Shown: positions 25,101 to 36,700 of the stretch, piece by piece
How positions within the stretch are numbered: position 1 is the stretch's first letter
Layout of the letters: every line of letters starts with the position of its first letter
Assembly: GCA_002269645.1 (NCBI GenBank)
Contig: NIVC01001340.1
Span: 1-64,000, forward strand
From: Macrostomum lignano
Lineage: Eukaryota
Reading direction: 5' to 3'
DNA: 64,000 nt
Program-made: the position numbers and the translations under genes
The notes under the pieces: model-generated
What the model saw: the letters and a program-made list of their open reading frames with translations, nothing else
The model's database searches: none
What the model was told of the DNA's origin: nothing

Positions 25101-25405
25101 AAGCTAACCTAAGGTAGCAAGCTCACCTTAATACTCATAATTAATAGTTCGATACACGTTCCAGAGAGGCTCAAAGTTCGGCAGATCTGCTGCAGCGGTC
25201 ACGCTCAGCCCGAAACTCTTGCTGGCTGCGACCATCGAAGAGAAATTAGAGGCCGGGTAAGGTCCTAATTAGTCTACTTGCAGTAGAAATATCTGCGCTT
25301 TTAATCTATTCTTTCATTCGATATCTCTTGTTATTTGATCTTCTGAAATTTTTCAGCAATGGAGCTGGGATTGAAAGTTCGGTCCCGCTGACGATGGACC
25401 TGTGA
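22191..25405 (+). CDS. Uncharacterised single-PDZ-domain protein; probable exons 22191-22247, 22609-22781, 23006-23260, 23994-24273, 24789-24863, 25165-25256, 25357-25405
   Basis: The spliced frame gives NRSLGFRL..PVRVTSVDLDGPADKCGIRPGDELLSVDG..VVHIRVRR, a PDZ signature. All joins are phase-compatible GT-AG. The first and last exons are less certain. Confidence 0.72.
22400..22475 (-). mobile_element. tRNA-like Pol III head (SINE head or tRNA pseudogene) in intron 1 of the PDZ gene
   Basis: Minus strand A box TAGCTTAGCGG and B box GGTTCGATTCC; acceptor stem does not pair. Confidence 0.55.
22803..23000. repeat. 17 bp minisatellite filling PDZ-gene intron 2
   Basis: CCCCATCTCACTGCTCA tandem. 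Confidence 0.93.
23445..23880. repeat. 21 bp minisatellite in PDZ-gene intron 3
   Basis: CCCCGCCACCTCACTCCCTTA tandem. Confidence 0.93.
24290..24732. repeat. 19/21 bp minisatellite filling PDZ-gene intron 4
   Basis: GATGCAGGGAGAGA(GA)CAGTG tandem. Confidence 0.93.
24925..25090 (-). mobile_element. SINE fragment in PDZ-gene intron 5
   Basis: Aligns by eye with 44640-44790 (CACAGGGTGTACA..GGCATGTACAC..CCTTGGGGGCTGGCTCTCATG). Confidence 0.75.
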
Positions 25406-25582
25406 CAGGCGTTATTAGGCTTGACCGAACATGACAATAACTCTGATAATCGCATGTTTGAGCAATATTTTTTAGGCCTTATAGGCACACAGTTACGAGT
25501 ACAGTGAACCTCGTAAATAACCGAAGTTTTAAAGTCTTTAGGGTTATTTCTTTTAGAAACGGAAATCCCAAAGTGTCCTGGC

Positions 25583-26610
25583 ATAAATACACGTTTCTAA
25601 TTAATAATTCATGTTTCTTGTACATCAGAAACTTATTTCCTGCTTATTTAGTAAGCTTTTCTGTATCCTGTAGCATTTGAGTCTCCACTTCTGTCATTCA
25701 GTAAGCACCTGAACCTCCACTTCAGTCATTTAGTAAGCATCTGAAACTGGTCTCCAGTCATTCAGTAAGCACCTGAACCTCCACTTCAGTCATTTAGTAA
25801 GCATCTGAAACTGGTCTCCAGTCATTCAGTAAGCACCTGAACCTCCACTTTAGTCATTCAGCACCTGAACCTCCACTTCAGTCATTCAGTAAGCACCTGA
25901 ACCTCCACTTCAGTCATTCAGTAAGCACCTGAACATCCACTTCAGTCATTCAGTAAGCACCTGAACCTCCACTTCAGTCATTCAGTAAGCACCTGAACCT
26001 CCCACTTCAGTCATTCAGTAAGCACCTGAACCTCCCACTTCAGTCATTCAGTAAGCATCTGAAACTCCACTTCAGCCATTCAGTAAGCATCTGAAACTGG
26101 TCTCCAGTCATTCAGTAAGCACCTGAACATCCACTTCAGTCATTCAGTAAGCACCTGAACCTCCACTTCAGTCATTCAGTAAGCACCTGAACCTCCACTT
26201 CAGCCATTCAGTAAGCATCTGAAACTGGTCTCCAGTCATTCAGTAAGCACCTGAACATCCACTCCAGTCATTCAGTAAGCACCTGAACCTCCACTTCAGT
26301 CATTCAGTAAGCACCTGAAACTCCACTTCAGTCATTCAGTAAGCATCTGAACCTCCACTTCAGTCATTCAGTAAGCATCTGAAACTGGTCTCCAGTTATT
26401 CAGTAAGCACCTGAACATCCACTTCAGTCATTCAGTAAGCACCTGAACCTCCACTTCAGTCATTCAGTAAGCACCTGAAACTCCACTTCAGTCATTCAGT
26501 AAGCACCTGAAACTTCACTTCAGTCATTCAGTAAGCACCTGAAACTCCACTTCAGTCATTCAGTAAGCACCTGAAACTGGTCTCCAGTCATTCAGTAAGC
26601 ACCTGAAACG
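25583..26610. repeat. Leader plus 32 bp minisatellite, copy 1
   Basis: Leader ATAAATACACGTTTCTAA..CATCAGAAACT, then tandem CTTCAGTCATTCAGTAAGCACCTGAAACTCCA. Confidence 0.92.
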
Positions 26611-26639
26611 GCTCTGCTGGTCATCCAGAATCCATAAGT

Positions 26640-29368
26640 TGTCTGTTCCCGGCTGCTTGGTAAGCAGTGCTTACCATGGATATTTTCTGGAATCGCATGC
26701 CACTCCCATTCCTGCCGGCTAGGCTTACTGATCCAGCTTGGCTCAAGCTGACACGCTAGACGGGAAGGAAATGAACAGTGCTATCGCTTTAACCAGTAGT
26801 CTCTCACTTGCTGTCTGTTTGGTATGCAGTGCTTACCATAGAAATCTGTGCGCAGACAGCAAGTCCTCTTTGCAGTAAGACTATAGCTTTCTTACACTAA
26901 CACTTTCACTATCTTTTTTGTTAGCCTTTTCTTGCTAAATTTGTCAGTATTTACTCACTGATAACCTACAGTACATGGCGTCTGCCTCTGGGATCGACTA
27001 AATGACCTCTGACAGTGAAGCAAGCCTCGAATCCTCCTAATAGACGAGGAGCCTGGCGAGGAGGTTGGTATCGAAGAAGCACTGGATGACAATCCTCCAA
27101 CCATAGAAGGGCCTGACGGCGAGGAAGGACGGGGGTTTGCAGATGGCGAAGCTGCTAAAGTTGAGAATTAGACAAATCGGGGGAGTCCGGAATGAAAATG
27201 TACTGTCTGTGTGAGTCGAAGTCTGCTATCTCTTCAGTTTACTTGTGCACTCAACTCCAGAAGAAAATCGGAAGTTTGGCTCCACACACAACGTGAACAG
27301 CTTTCTCTCTCAGTGAGCGAATCGTAGCTGAGCTGGCCAAGGACATTCTGGACCAAGGGTACAGAATGTTTACCGTCACCTGGTTTACATCATACAGGTT
27401 GTCCCAGTTCCTTATCGACCATTCAACGTTCCTGACGGGTACCGTGAGGCCAGACCGAGGAGTTCCGGCTCAGCTTCGGCAGGCTGCAGTAGCTCCGAAT
27501 AATGTAGCTTTCGCGAGGAAGAGACGTTTTCTGATTGTGAAGGCTTTCGAGAGAAAGCAGAGTGGAGTTAAGACATTGTGTTTGCTGGACACGAAGGACG
27601 TTGCGTCAAAGGCCGAGAAAGTCAAGACTAATCGAGCTGGTCAGCATGCGGCAGTGCAGAAGAGCCACAGTGTGTCAACTTACAATCGCTGTGTAGTGAC
27701 TGGCTGCTAACTGGTTATTCAGCAGCATTTGCTGGTTATTCAGCAGCATTCACTAGCTTTCCCTAAGAGTGCTGTGGTCCGCTGCACAGTAGCTCAGTCC
27801 ACCTGATCAAGTGAGAGAGAGATACCCTGTGCTGGGCCTAAGTGTTTACTGCCCGATGACTCATCGCCTGAGCAGGCGTGGGCAGCCACACTCAATGTCT
27901 TCCCACTCGCGCTGCGAGGCTGTAGCAGGATGACTCATCACCTGCGCGGAGTGTAATGGCTGCCTAGAGGGAGTAAACAGGATGACTCATTCGCCCAAGT
28001 TCTATTTTTAGCACAGAAAAGCACGTGACTGTGCACGCATGCTGTGCGTGGCCACTGACCTTGAGTCATGCCACTGCTGCGTGACAGGGTTGCCTTATTT
28101 GGAAGCTGGCCTTGAATCACGCGTCGCTCGCATGATTTTAGTGACCAAATAAGGAAGTTTCACGCGCTCACCACATGAAACTCACGTGACTTTTAGGGGT
28201 CCGCTCGGCTATAAATACGGAGCATCTGGGAGCCATTTTCTCCAGACTGCGACGTCTCGCGGAGCATCGTGGCTGACTCGTGAAGCCTTCTCCGAGCTCT
28301 CCTCTCTCATTTCAGGTTTTGCAGGTGTTCAGGTTCGAGCAGCATTCTACTAAGACGATCGACTGTCGAGACATTTTCAGATTTGCCTTTGCTCCGAGCG
28401 ACTTTGTTATTTTTCTTTCAGGTGACGGATAGACAACTCTGCCGACGCGTCGAGTCCGCTCACCAAGGTGGCAGAAACCCTACCAAGTCGAGGCTAACGT
28501 TTTAGGTTCATTTTCAGGCAAATCGATAGGTAGTACAACGGTGCTATCTAGCTTCTTCAGGAGCAGCGGGTTTTATTTTCCAGGAACATCTTCAAGAACC
28601 CGAGAAGGAGAAGCGTAACAGCTGCATGGGTGCCGAGTGGACACGTTGGACGGCACCCTGCAGCCCTATGATGCCGGCAGAAAAACAACAAAATGTTTCC
28701 ACAAGCTGGGTTTGCATATGTGCCTTCAAATGGTGCAAAACGCTTGGGTTCTGCATTGCAAATGTGGTGGCCAGAGTACCTTCATCAAATATCTCGAAGC
28801 CAGCATCCGCGATTTGGTAGAGAGAACTGGAAATGGCAGGAAGCGACCGGCTTCCATGCTGCAAACATGCAGTTGCAGTCCATGAGCAGCATTTTAAGGA
28901 GAAAAATCCCAGGTCGTCCTGTCCAGCCCAGACCTACGAAAAGGTGCTAAAAAGTTCCTGGCGCTCAATTTATTTCTGCAGCCGATGTTCAGGATGCCCG
29001 GGACTTTGTTTGTTCGATTGCTTCCAAACGCTGGAATTCGCTGCGTTGAAGTATCAACTGGATGGACCCACTTTTTCACCAAAGCTATGTTTTCATCCTT
29101 TCTGTTCACTTTTCTGGCTATTGTCTGTAGCTCAAATTCAGATAAATTCAAATTCAAATTCAGATAATTTATTTTAGTTTTGCTAGTCATAGTTTCTGAA
29201 TAGTGTACGCTCTGCATGCGCAGGTAAGTTCGATCGTAGAATCTAAACCTAGAATACTCATCCGGCAAGAACGGATGCTACCAATTTAGCCATAGAATTA
29301 GATTTACTGTAAAAGTTTAATTGGGTCATGGTGAGCACTGCTTACCATCAGTCTTCTCGTGGTTTTAA
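26640..29368 (+). mobile_element. Decayed piggyBac-like DNA transposon (transposase pseudogene), interrupted by a solo LTR
   Basis: ERIVAELAKDILDQGYRMFTVTWFTSY..LTGTVRPDRG; VSTYNRC|MG..VDTLDGTLQPYDAGRKTTKCFHKL..VQNAWVL; Cys-rich tail YFCSRCSGCPGLCLFDCF. These match the piggyBac DDD and CRD pattern. Frameshifts are present and the DN-motif Asp is lost. Inverted subterminal motif TGGTAAGCAGTGCTTACCA at 26658, 26820 and 29329; TTAA at 29365. The left end is approximate. Confidence 0.85.
27692..28620 (+). mobile_element. Solo LTR (929 bp) with 4-bp TSD, Ty3/Gypsy-like
   Basis: Begins TGT, ends ACA; TSD GCTG at 27688-27691 and 28621-28624. Removing it restores TAC AAT CGC TGC ATG GGT (YNRCMG). 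TATAAATA at 28210. Confidence 0.85.
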
Positions 29369-30500
29369 ATAAATACACGTTTCTAATAAATAATTCATGT
29401 TTCTTGTACATCAGAAACTAATTTGCCGTTTTAAAAAGTAAGCTTTTCTGACTCCTCACAGCTTAGCACCTGCAACTAAACTTCAGTCATTCAGTAAGCA
29501 CCTGAAACTGGACTTCAGTCACTCAGTAGGATCTGAAACTGCACTTCAGTCATTCAGTAAGCACCTGAATTTGCACTTCAGTCATTCAGTAAGCCCCTGA
29601 AACTCCACTTCAGTCATTCAGTAAGCACCTGAAACTCCACTTCAGTCATTCAGTAAGCACCTGAAACTCCACTTCAGTCATTCAGTAAGCCCCTGAAACT
29701 CCACTTCAGTCATTCAGTAAGCCCCTGAAACTCCACTTCAGTCATTCAGTAAGCACCTCAATTTTCACTTCAGTCATTCAGTAAGCATCTGAATTTGAAC
29801 TTCAGTCATTCAGTAAGCACCTGAAACTCCACTTCAGTCATTCAGTAAGCATCTGAATTTAAACTTCAGTCATTCAGTAAGCATCTGAATTTAAACTTCA
29901 GTCATTCAGTAAGCATCTGAATTTGAACTTCAGTCATTCAGTAAGCATCTGAATTTGAACTTCAGTCATTCAGTAAGCATCTGAATTTGAACTTCAGTCA
30001 TTCAGTAAGCATCTGAATTTGAACTTCAGTCATTCAGTAAGCATCTGAATTTGAACTTCAGTCATTCAGTAAGCATCTGAATTTAAACTTCAGTCATTCA
30101 GTAAGCATCTGAATTTGAACTTCAGTCATTCAGTAAGCATCTGAATTTGCACTTCAGTCACTCAGTAAGCATCTGAATTTGCACTTCAGTCACTCAGTAA
30201 GCATCTGAATTTGTACTTCAGTCATTCAGTAAGCATCTGAATTTGCACTTCAGTCATTCAGTACGCATCTGAATTTGCACTTCAGTCACTCAGTAAGCAT
30301 CTGAATTTAAACTTCAGTCATTCAGTAAGCATCTGAATTTGAACTTCAGTCATTCAGTAAGCATCTGAATTTGCACTTCAGTCACTCAGTAGGATCTGAA
30401 ACTCCACTTCAGTCACTCAGTAAGCATCTGAATTTGAACTTCCGTCACTCAGTAGGATCTGAAACTTCACTTCAGTCATTCAGTAAGCACCTGAAAGTGG
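29369..30500. repeat. Leader plus 32 bp minisatellite, copy 2
   Basis: Same leader and unit as 25583-26610, with GCATCTGAATTTG variants. Confidence 0.92.
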
Positions 30501-30971
30501 TCTCCTGGTCATCTTGCCAGTAAATGAAAGCGGGCAGAAATTCACAAAGCTGCGTATTTGAACTGCAAACAGCAGAGCATCAGAGATGCAATTTCCATTA
30601 CAGATCTAAAAGCATTGGTTTTTACGATTGCATGACAGGCAGCAAAACCAGAGACCACACCGTGCCGCTTTCATTTCTCTGCTCGAGCTCAAGGAGCCAG
30701 CAGCTGCTTTTCCGAGTTGTCCATTATCCGGTAATGTTGACTTGAAATTCCACTTCTACCGCCTGGATTTGTTGAACATGTGGAAGCCATTAACAAAGCA
30801 AAGAATGTGTTTTATTATTTTGCGCAGGCCGCCAATCTGTCACTCTGTTTGATTGGCTGCCAATCCCGAACTCTGCGCCCCGATTTAAAAAGTGAAGCGT
30901 TAAGCAGAGCCGAGCACAGAGCTTTGAGAGATTCAACACCCGAGAGACTTCCAGGAACGGAACAATCGAGA

Positions 30972-31286
30972 ATGCCCGAGTTTACCAGACCCAGTTCCAC
31001 AGTTGCTCTACAGCTGCTGGTTGCTACACTGCTAACCGCAGGCGCTGTGAACTGCAGCTGCACACCGGAGAGTCCCGTCAAGAGTCCAACAAGCATCTGG
31101 CAGGCCGCTGCCCCGGCCCGTCACCGTCTGTGGTGGTGGACAGCCCAGCAACCGTCGCTAATGGCAGGCGCCGAGTACCTGTCCGCCCTCAAGCGGGGCA
31201 TGTTTCGTTACGGCAAGCGCCAGATGTTCCGCTTCGGCAAGAAGAGGCAGAGCGCCGTCTGGCGACCGGCTGCTGGCGCCCGCTGA
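30972..31286 (+). CDS. Neuropeptide precursor (FMRFamide-like; predicted GMFRYamide and QMFRFamide), 104 aa
   Basis: Hydrophobic signal VALQLLVATLLTAGAVNC; KR-GMFRYG-KR-QMFRFG-KKR shows dibasic cleavage sites and Gly amide donors. Confidence 0.85.
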   Translation: MPEFTRPSSTVALQLLVATLLTAGAVNCSCTPESPVKSPTSIWQAAAPARHRLWWWTAQQPSLMAGAEYLSALKRGMFRYGKRQMFRFGKKRQSAVWRPAAGAR

Positions 31287-31539
31287 TTGAACACTGCGCC
31301 AGATATTTTCCACAACAGACAAACTATATAAATTGAAACTGTTTAATTCGCTATGCTGTGAGCTCCTGTTTTGTCGGTTGAGAAAATATACCAACTGTTT
31401 AATCAGCAATTGATGAGGCGGTAATGCGCTTGGCAAACTATAATAAGCTGCCAGTTTCACTCAGGCAGGCATAAGCTACAGTACGTTCATTTTCTGTACG
31501 ACTCATGAAATTTTTGGATAAACTGACTTTGAATTCAGC

Positions 31540-32025
31540 ACTGATGGAGCGGAGAGGCTGATCCAAGGATACTGATGGACCAGAGAGGCTGATTCAAGGC
31601 GATGGAGCAGAGGCTGATTCAAGGATATTGATGGAGCCGAGGGGCTGATTCAAGGATATTGATGGAGCCGAGGGGCTGATTCAAGGATATTGATGGAGCC
31701 GAGGGGCTCATTCAAGGATATTGATGGAGCCGAGGGGCTGATTCAAGGATATTGATGGAGCCGAGGGGCTCATTCAAGGTGATGGGGCTGAGAGGCTGAT
31801 TCAAGGTGATGGAGCAGAGAGGTTGATTTAAATGATGGACCCGAGAGGCTGATTCAATGATATTGATAGAGCGGAAAGGCTGATGCAATGATATTGATTG
31901 AGCGGAAAGGCTGATGCAATGATATTGATGGAGCGGAAAGGCTGATTTAAGGATATTGATGGAGCGGAGAGGCAAATTTATGGGTATTGATGGAGCGGAG
32001 AGGCTGATTCAATTACTGAAGGAGT
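31540..32025. repeat. 31 bp minisatellite downstream of the neuropeptide gene
   Basis: TTCAAGGATATTGATGGAGCCGAGGGGCTGA, degenerate tandem. Confidence 0.88.
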
Positions 32026-32914
32026 GGAGTTACTGAAAGACAGATAAATCTTAGTATCTGATTTTAGGTCAAACCCACCCCATACTACTCGCACGTGAAT
32101 AGTAAGTAGATGTTCCATCTAAATAGGAAATGACGTTAAAAACAATATTTAAAACTGCTTGAGAGTTTATTAATGAAAACACAGTTGCTGATGTCAATAA
32201 ACCCTTTATGGGCTTATCATATATATTTGTAAATATATTGTGCTTGGTCTCTGCAAAGTCAGTCCAAAGAGTCAGTGAGTCAGTGCTAGGACCCCAGAGG
32301 GACCACATGGATGCACAGAAAACCGAATTGGCCGCAACCTTTGCGCAAAAATAAAAATGGCAGGCAGGAGAGCCAGCAGTAGTCAGTCGCGGACATAGAA
32401 GCAAGATAAATGAGCCTTGGAAAATGGCAGGTAAGGCGCAACGCGCGATGGGAATATCTTTCTTCTCTTCTTTGACAATTTGCCCGCAAGCAACAGGTGA
32501 AAGAAAAACAGTTAGTTGCAAACTCTGCTATTCTTTATAGTAGCGCGCAAGCAATGACTCTCGCCAAAGTTCAACTGTTGCACAGAAATTAATTAGTAAA
32601 TAATCCATTAGGAAAACGAGGGAAAACTATACAATTCAGACACAACTTGAGACAGTAAATCAAGGCGGCAAATTATATAAACAAAAAACACGATAGCTCC
32701 TACTGGCATTAGTAGTCTGTTTCTCTGCATTTTCTAATATTAGTATTAATACATGGACCAACAGAACTTATCGTTCGGTTTGTTTATACACAAAAATTCC
32801 AAGGTTGCTGAGAGGTCAAATATTTTTTCAAATATGGAAAAGCGCGCATAGGGAGGTCAAAGATCAACTTTAGCTATTCCGGGGGGGGGGTACGACAATT
32901 AACTGCTGACTATT

Positions 32915-33110
32915 TAGGTTAGAGTTTAGGATAGGGTTTAGGATGAGCTTTAGGTTAGGGTTTAGGATGAGGTTTAGGTTAGGGTTTAGGATAGGGTTTA
33001 GGATGAGGTTTAGGTTAGGGTTTAGGATAGGGTTTAGGATGAGGTTTAGGTTAGGGTTTAGGATAGGGTCTAGGATGAGGTTTAGGTTAGGGTTTAGGAT
33101 AGGGTTTAGT
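32915..33110. repeat. 36 bp telomere-like repeat built from TTAGGG variants
   Basis: TTTAGGTTAGGGTTTAGGATAGGGTTTAGGATGAGG, ~5 copies. Confidence 0.85.
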
Positions 33111-33739
33111 TTCGGCATTCAATTTGTGACAGTCTGTTGTGGTGGTGAACCAATTTCAGGACATTTGGAAAGCATAGACTATCAACAATGCAAACCAAAC
33201 CAATGTTAAGAGCTATCAAATGAAGGTTTTGAATATTTTCTTTAAAACTTGACCAGGTTTCGGTGTTGGCCTCCAATCTGAAATTGCCCCAATATCGAAA
33301 ATCGATAAAATTAGTCCAGCCTCACAGACAGGTATCAGAAAAGCTTGAGTAAGCAGCGCATTAAGTAAGATCAGGAACAAAATAACTTGAACTGAAACGT
33401 ATTGAAATGATTTTATTGCAGCGGAAGAATCATTTATTACATTATTAGTACAAACGCAAGAGATATGGTTTATGAAAATATGTGGAAAAAAAGCAATAAA
33501 ATAAACACAAACGACACTGGATGGATGAATTGATGCAACAGAAAGCATCTGCCACGTAAGTAAAGCAAGCAAGAAAATTAAAGTTTTACAGTTAAATATT
33601 GATTCTCCTGCGCAATTACAACAAGCAAAATCAATTTGAAGTGTATCAACGCCAAGTTGCGCTTTGCTTCGTTCTGCGACAAGAAGCAACTCATTTGAGT
33701 TGATGAGGCTGGTAGTGCTATCCAAGCTAGCTGTCTCCA

Positions 33740-36700
33740 CTATAATAAAACATTTTTTGCCCGAAACAAATGCAGACTTGCCTCGTACGTAGTCAGCACG
33801 ATGCATGTGTTGGGTATCTGGCGTACAAAGTGAGTTAGCATGCCTTTGTACAATGCCCAAAAGCCCTCTTCGTGTACGATGAGGCGCAGAGACTGGGCCA
33901 GGCCATGGTATCGGCTGCCCTCTTGGCGTAGACGCGTGCGAAGCACTTCTGTAATCGGAAAAAGAAAACGGTAACTATTTATGGTCACCAGTGTATGGCT
34001 TAAACCTGAATATAAAAGTTCACAATGTCCTTTATTTTAAATCGCGAACATTATAAACACTTGCCGCGTGTCATTTATTTGATTCAGCTAAAGGAGTGTG
34101 CAGTATAGGGGTGTGTCAGGACGACTTTACTTGTCCTATAGCGCCTAACCGTTCTCTGGCCCGAAAAAAAATATTAAAAGAAAATCTGAGACAATTTTAC
34201 CCACTAGCCACATTTTGAGTGTCACTGCAAGGCCGGGCGAAACCGGTCGCGTGAGCGCCGGTTAAAGTGCAGAGGGACGGAGAAGAGAAAAATAGCTGGC
34301 TAAGGGAGGCATCGGGGTAAGGGGGAACGGGGAGTGGGGGGGGTTTACGACCGCGCGCGACGGGGGGTTCAGCTAGCTTCTCTTCGCCATTCCATTCCAA
34401 AGGAGGGTAAGGAAAATCATTCCATTCCAAAGGAGGGTAAGGAAAATCTAATCAAAGTGGACGCTTTCTTAAATGTACATCGAAGGCAGTGTACATACGA
34501 CGCGGCACGCCCTGTACAGAGCAGACCTCTGCCGGAAAGTTTATTTTTTCTTTCCTGGCCCCCTCCGTTTGACTGACGTAAATTTTCGGTGGGTGTGGCC
34601 CCATGTTTTCCCGCACTAAACGCCCTCGAGTCCTCGACCTTTCCTTCTCCTTTTCTCTGGCCTAAAAACGTAAAAAAATCCGGACAAATGAGGAAACGCC
34701 AATCAACAAATGTACAGTAAAAGACGTCTTCAAAAAACGCACCCACTATTTCTTTCCCTTATAAATTTCCCAGAAAGCGTTCGTAAATATCGAGCAACTG
34801 GGAAAGAAGCTATTTTTAGACTGAAAGTCCAACATGTACACTATAAGGCTCCCAATAAATAGATTAGTAGCAAAATGAAAACTGGAAACTTCGGGGAAAA
34901 ACATGTGGAATGATTATAGTAAAAAAGCATTTGCTATCGATTCAGATCAGACGTCGGGAGAGGAAACGCTTTTGAATTTTATGAAAAACAACAATAAATG
35001 CGTTATTTCCTAGTCTTTAAAGTTAATTACTATTCTATTATATTTACGCGCTTTATTGTTTTGCAATCTTATGAGCGCGTTAGTTAAAATTGTTTTCAAA
35101 TAATTCCTAGCCTAAGAAAAGGTCTATCTAGTATAAACAATTAGTTAGAAACTAGGAGAGGCTTACAGAGCTAGAGATTTCACATCTCCAAAGCAGTGGA
35201 AAACCAGTTTGAGTCTGCATCAAATTGAGACTGGATTCCTCTCTCCTATTATGTGGGCAGCCAAACTCAAAAATGCATTTTTGCGTACACCGACTGTACT
35301 CTGGCAGTGAGACAGAACCAGCTTAGACAGACTCGTGATTCTCCTATACTAAATTATTATTTTAAATGAGAACTCCGAATCTCAGACCACAGTACTACTA
35401 AAATATTTGTAATGCAATCGAATAGTCGATATCTTTAGCTGAACACAGCTACGCTAGTAAATGCGATACAGAGCAGAGCGAGTGCGAGCGAACTTTAATT
35501 GAACGCAATATGCGAAACGAAAGGTGTGTGCGCCAGTGCGGCACTCTCCTTGTCCTGGCGCTCTCTCTCTCTCTAACCCATTAAATTCAGAACATTCAAG
35601 GCCAATTCTGAAAGCGAAACACACCCTCCATTTGTATTCTTTGCTATGTGCCACACCCACACAGCTATGGGGTGGAATATCTAACTGAAATCACGTGACC
35701 TGTCAATTACGCAGGGAGTGAAAATTAAATTTGAATACTGAAACTGAAACACTGCTATCCGCGCAGCGGAGGGGAGACCACAATGGTGTCAGGGGGGGAG
35801 ACTACAGTGGTATCAGGGGAGGGGAGACCACAGTGGTGTCAGGGGGGGGAGGAAGGTCAACAAGGTGTCAGGGGAGGGGGGGAGAGGTCAACAAGGTGTC
35901 AGGAAAGGGAAGGGAAGGTCAACAAGGTGTCAGGGGAGGGAAGGAAGGTCAACAAGGTGTCAGGGGAGGGGGGAGAGGTCAACAAGGTGTCAGGGGAGGG
36001 AAGGAAGGTCAACAAGGTGTCAGGGGAGGGGGGAGAGGTCAACAAGGTGTCAGGGGAGGGAGAGAGGTCAAAAAGGTGTCAGGGGAGGGGAGAGAGGTCA
36101 ACAAGGTGTCAGGCGAGGGGAGTGAGGTCAACAAGGTGTCAGGGGAGGGGAGGGAGGTCAACAAGGTGTCAGGGGAGGGGAGAGAGGTCAACAAGGTGTC
36201 AGGGGAGGGGAGAGAGGTCAACAAGGTGTCAGGGGAGGGGAGTGAGGTCAACAAGGTGTCAGGGGAGGGGAGGGAGGTCAACAAGGTGTCAGGGGAGGGG
36301 AGGGAGGTCAACAAGGTGTCAGGGGAGGGGGGAGAGGTCAACAAGGTGTCAGGGGAGGGGAGAGAGGTCAAAAAGGTGTCAGGGGAGGGGAGGGAGGTCA
36401 ACAAGGTGTCAGGGGAGGAGGTTAACAGGGTATCAGTGATGTCTGACGCTAATAAAGCCAGCTCATAAGATGCCAGTCCGACATTTCCAGTTTGGCAATT
36501 AAACCAATAACTCACCGTGCGGATAGCAGGTAACAGTGGACACAGTCTTTGATATGCCGCTAGCAAGAGTGCAGTAAAGGACATCGTCGGCGCTAGTTAA
36601 AGTCAAATCACGATTAGCGCTGGAATCAGCGCCCCGCGACATTTGCATTAAGCTTCGTTTGAGATGCTCGTAGAGTACAAACTGAAGCGAAGTCTCCACT

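Noticed and set aside
25690-30500. Leader plus ~32 bp repeats resembling a CRISPR array
   Set aside because: Units are contiguous with no unique spacers, there are no cas genes, and the context is eukaryotic.
33216-33860. 214-aa ORF overlapping the carrier stop and 3' UTR
   Set aside because: AT-rich, no recognisable motif, and it overlaps the carrier's last exon in another frame; most likely chance. Ribosome profiling would settle it.
34100-34800. GC-rich block with a 30-bp duplication in carrier intron 3, possibly a TE
   Set aside because: No TIRs, TSD or second copy identified.
18850-36430. Rule that intronic array units avoid AG on the sense strand
   Set aside because: True for four arrays (18850, 22803, 23445, 35850) but broken by others (18085, 20540, 24290, 45258).
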